DNA of 57,992 nucleotides from Chlamydiota bacterium (GTDB lineage Bacteria; Chlamydiota; Chlamydiia; Chlamydiales; Rhabdochlamydiaceae): NCBI GenBank assembly GCA_013287365.1, contig JABDDY010000001.1, positions 1 to 57,992 of the forward strand, read 5' to 3'. Shown piece by piece: positions 55,007 to 57,992 of this stretch (position 1 is its first letter; each line of letters starts with the position of its first letter). The notes under the pieces were generated by a model. It saw only the letters and a program-made list of their open reading frames with translations, ran no database searches and was not told where the DNA came from. The position numbers and the translations under genes were made by a program.

Positions 55007-55574
55007 ATCACGTCAAGGCAGCAGTTGTCATGCAAAAAAGATTGAAAAGCATGCAGGCCAACCTTTTTGTGAAGAGAGCTCCTTGCCAGGCTTGCGCTCG
55101 GAAATATCTACAAATAACGCAAATAGTCTCAGGCCATTTTGATTAAGTCATCTCGCGTGACGGCGAGGACTCTCCCGCCCTCGGCTCCCTTCGCTTCGCT
55201 ACAGTCGCCTCAGTTGGGTTTTAAAAGAGGCAAGTCCGTATCCTTGATCACTCCGATCACGCCTGGGCAGCTGACAGTTTTGCAACAACAAGAATCTGTG
55301 CGACCTCGTGTCGCACGTAGGTCATAGATGCTGTGCGAACCATGTTTGTATTCCATGGTTCAAAATTATACTAAAGTGTTCGCCTAAAGGCGAGGGTGTT
55401 TTCCCATCCCACCTAACGACATAAAAATAAATATTTTAATTCCAGGCTATTTTTCCTTGATTTTTGAAGAGCCAAGGATTATCATGCCTGACTAGTAGAG
55501 AGTTCATAGAGGAATTGGTATGGAAGTGTTAGCCTTTAAACATGTAGTTATCTTGGCTGCGTCCCGTTCTCAAA

Positions 55575-56804
55575 ATGGTTCTTTGGAGGAGCTTTATGGC
55601 TGCGATTGCTGCTCGAAAAAAAAGCAAAATTGAAAATCAAGGGTTTTTGAGACAGCTTCCACTGCTTGACTTTACTGCTACGCTCTACCCAGACATAGAC
55701 CTAAGCGATGTGTATGTCATCTGTGCACAGCATCTGGTCTCAACAACCTACTCACTCTTCCATACTCTATTAAAACTTGGTCTTAAAGCGGGTAATCTTT
55801 CTACAATTGGTAAATGTTACTCGACAGATCCAATGGCCTACGAAGAAATAAAAAAGATGGGCATTGATGCTTGCCCTTCCAGCTTGTCATTTAATAGCCA
55901 TCAGCCATTTGATGAGCAATATCGAGAAAACATTAAAAAATTTGTAAGCGAGCGAACAAAAAAACTCACAGACGGTAAATTCAAAAAGCTGATCGTTCTC
56001 GACGATGGGGGAGAATTGATCCCAGCAATTAATGCTTTGCTTGAAGAAGGGTCCCATATTGTTGGAATTGAACAAACTAGTTCTGGATTCCATAAATTAA
56101 AGACAAAAAAAACCAAATTTCCGATCGTAAACGTCGCTCGCTCACCTGCTAAGCTGAACTATGAATCTCCTATTATTGCCAGGCTGGTGGTCGATACATT
56201 AGTCCGCCACATTAAAAATCTACCCGTTCATCCTAGAGAAGTGCTCATTATCGGGAATGGCCCGATCGGATCTCAAATTCGAGAAGTTCTGAAAGACACC
56301 TATCATCTCTCCATATTTGACAAAACAGCCTCCAGAAGTTCTATAAAAAGCGAAGATTTTGAACAGTCGTTAAAAAAATTTGATTTAATTATTGGATGTA
56401 CCGGGAAGTCTGTTCTAAGACCAGAACATTACCGATTATTAAAGAAAAATGTTATTTTGGTAAGCGCATCGAGTTCTGATAGGGAATTTAATGCGGTAAA
56501 TCTACGAAATAAGATGCCTTTAGTTACAGATTGCCATGAAAACCTATTCATCGGTGGCATCTGCCTGATTAATTGCGGGTTTCCCATTAACTTTTCCTCT
56601 GAATTTAAGATTATTGATAGTGATGAATTACAACTAACACGTTCTCTCCTTTTGGCAGCGATTCTTCAAGCAGATAATCATTCTAATTTTACCAAAAAAG
56701 ACTTTATTGCATTGGATATTGAAAATCAGAGGGATATTATCCAAAAATACCTCTCTATTTTTGCTAAAGACAAACTTGTAGAAAGGGAAAAATTAGCTGT
56801 TTAA
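55575..56804 (+). CDS. Diverged adenosylhomocysteinase-fold (AHCY-like) NAD-binding protein
   Basis: Colinear with SAH hydrolase landmarks: ICAQHLVSTT, STDPMAYEEIKKMGI, LIVLDDGGELI, GIEQTSSGFHKL, VNVARSPAKLNYES, Rossmann LIIGNGPIGSQI, IIGCTGKSVL. Several catalytic positions differ. Confidence 0.55.
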   Translation: MVLWRSFMAAIAARKKSKIENQGFLRQLPLLDFTATLYPDIDLSDVYVICAQHLVSTTYSLFHTLLKLGLKAGNLSTIGKCYSTDPMAYEEIKKMGIDACPSSLSFNSHQPFDEQYRENIKKFVSERTKKLTDGKFKKLIVLDDGGELIPAINALLEEGSHIVGIEQTSSGFHKLKTKKTKFPIVNVARSPAKLNYESPIIARLVVDTLVRHIKNLPVHPREVLIIGNGPIGSQIREVLKDTYHLSIFDKTASRSSIKSEDFEQSLKKFDLIIGCTGKSVLRPEHYRLLKKNVILVSASSSDREFNAVNLRNKMPLVTDCHENLFIGGICLINCGFPINFSSEFKIIDSDELQLTRSLLLAAILQADNHSNFTKKDFIALDIENQRDIIQKYLSIFAKDKLVEREKLAV

Positions 56805-56817
56805 AAAAGGCAAAAAT

Positions 56818-57495
56818 ATGTCAATACTATATTACAAACTACCGCCCAAACAAATTTTTGAGGATATCGTTCAGTCTAAGAGATCAGAAAAAATTCGAAT
56901 CAAAGGCAGAGAGTTTTTTGTATACCCACATGTCTACCCTTCAGATAAGTTTAGAACGACCAATTTCCTTTTAGATAGCATTCAACCTCTACTTAGAAAT
57001 GCCACTGTTTGCGATATGGGATGTGGCATGGGGATTGTTGGGTTATTTGCTCTAGAGCAAAGAGCCAAAAGTGTAGTTCAAGTCGATGTTAATCCTATCG
57101 CTGTAGAGAATGCTAAAGCTAACATAGCTCTTTACCATCATTCTGATAAGCAGATCAAAATTTTTGAAAGTAATTGTTTTGATAACGTACCCAAGCAAAC
57201 CTTTGATATTGTCATTTTTAATATCCCTTTTCATAGCGAGCCATATGAAATAAAAGATCCATTAGAATATGCCTTTCATGATCCAAATTTCACATCTACA
57301 AAAAAGTTTCTACGTCAAGTTATAAGCTACTGTCACACAAAAACTGATATATTAATTGCATTTTCTAATAAAGGTGATATTCATGGGCTAGAAGGGATTT
57401 TTGATAGCAACGGTTTCAAATGGGAGTTATGGAAAACAACGAATACTCATCAAGAATATGATAACAGAATCTACATGCTACACAGGGGCTTTTGA
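56818..57495 (+). CDS. Class I SAM-dependent methyltransferase, 'MTS small domain' type with NIPF (N/DPPY-like) motif
   Basis: Motif I VCDMGCGMGIVGLFA and motif IV IVIFNIPFH. It starts 14 nt after the AHCY-like gene. Confidence 0.7.
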   Translation: MSILYYKLPPKQIFEDIVQSKRSEKIRIKGREFFVYPHVYPSDKFRTTNFLLDSIQPLLRNATVCDMGCGMGIVGLFALEQRAKSVVQVDVNPIAVENAKANIALYHHSDKQIKIFESNCFDNVPKQTFDIVIFNIPFHSEPYEIKDPLEYAFHDPNFTSTKKFLRQVISYCHTKTDILIAFSNKGDIHGLEGIFDSNGFKWELWKTTNTHQEYDNRIYMLHRGF

Positions 57496-57786
57496 TTAAA
57501 AATACTTGATATCTAAAAAGCTGATTGTCAATTAGTTGCAAAACATAGCCATGTCAGGCACCAAAGAGATGGAGTATGTTTTTTGATCGTTTTTCTAAGC
57601 GCTCCTCTATGAAGCGCAGGCTGTCAAATTTTTTTAATGAAAAGCCCCTGACAGGCTACATGTGATAAAGAAATGTCAATAAGAGCGCGCCTGCTAAAGA
57701 TTGCAGGATTTATCAAAGAGCACGGAATTACTCCCTCACTCAGAGAAAGATTTTATGGGATGAGGGACACTATATTCGCATGGGCA

Positions 57787-57992
57787 ATGAATATACATTC
57801 GCTATGTAGCCCCATTTTATGTGGGATATCTGTTTTTTGCTTTGGCTCTCAGAGTAATATTTTTGCAAATGATTTAAATCATCCCCAAAACATAACAAAA
57901 CAGCCATATAAACAATGGTTTATGGGCCCAATCCTTACTCCTAATCCAACAACAGTACCCCCTGCTCATCCTGGGCTGGAACTGGATTTAAT
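57787..57992 (+). CDS. Partial (5' end) outer-membrane protein candidate, continues beyond the window
   Basis: Open frame to the window edge. Signal peptide MNIHSLCSPILCGISVFCFGSQSNIFA, then WFMGPILTPNPTTVPPAHPGLE, resembling the N-termini of Legionella/Chlamydia-like MOMP-family porins. The start could be further upstream (57673). Confidence 0.4.
   Translation, partial: MNIHSLCSPILCGISVFCFGSQSNIFANDLNHPQNITKQPYKQWFMGPILTPNPTTVPPAHPGLELDL

Noticed and set aside
55290-55325. Group II intron domain V, or an SAH/SAM riboswitch, in the GC-rich spacer
   Set aside because: The hairpin lacks the AGC catalytic triad, the bulge and the lower-stem pairing of domain V. The 55150-55200 region does not fit the SAH-riboswitch consensus as I remember it. 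No reverse-transcriptase or maturase ORF is nearby.
1-57992. tRNA, rRNA or tmRNA genes
   Set aside because: No T-loop (GGTTCGAATCC-like) or acceptor-stem patterns and no rRNA-like conserved blocks were recognised by eye. Only rnpB was found. A tRNAscan/Infernal run would be needed to exclude them fully.

Overview
The gene content and order point to a Chlamydia-like (phylum Chlamydiae, probably an environmental or amoeba-associated lineage) chromosome segment. Markers include euo-like HTH, recJ, secDF, tsp, gltX, rpsU-dnaJ, a CT398-type zinc-ribbon protein, a ~500-aa GlyA and a SWIM-SNF2 helicase. Housekeeping genes (dapF, clpP, glyA, rnpB, xerC-like, ABC-F, rnz, rhomboid, lon, tsaB) are interrupted by AT-richer accessory blocks. 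The strongest candidate system, at about 12.2-20.5 kb, is a Sec-signal RHS/YD polymorphic toxin of 1713 aa. Its 174-aa C-terminal tail has no family I can assign. An SH3-like small gene follows, then a tandem array of five or more paralogous 'YFHDG...FPPK...IEIEAEKIxWENIP' small genes bearing clear segmental-duplication scars and decayed copies. A second accessory region (about 46-57.5 kb) encodes several unusual proteins:
- a fusion of cysteine-type leucine-rich repeats to a single Clp/Hsp100 D2 AAA+ module, flanked by duplication scars of the cysJ-like 3' end
- Ser-rich hydrophobic-hairpin hypothetical proteins
- three EEP-fold proteins, one of which looks catalytically dead
- a tandem-retropepsin aspartic protease
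- a diverged adenosylhomocysteinase-fold gene paired with a small-domain methyltransferase

Non-coding structure includes a three-copy GC-rich palindromic 'GTGCCCG' intergenic repeat family, several long perfect palindromes, RNase P RNA, and a HigBA-like toxin-antitoxin pair beside rnpB. All family assignments come from motif reading by eye; no searches were run.
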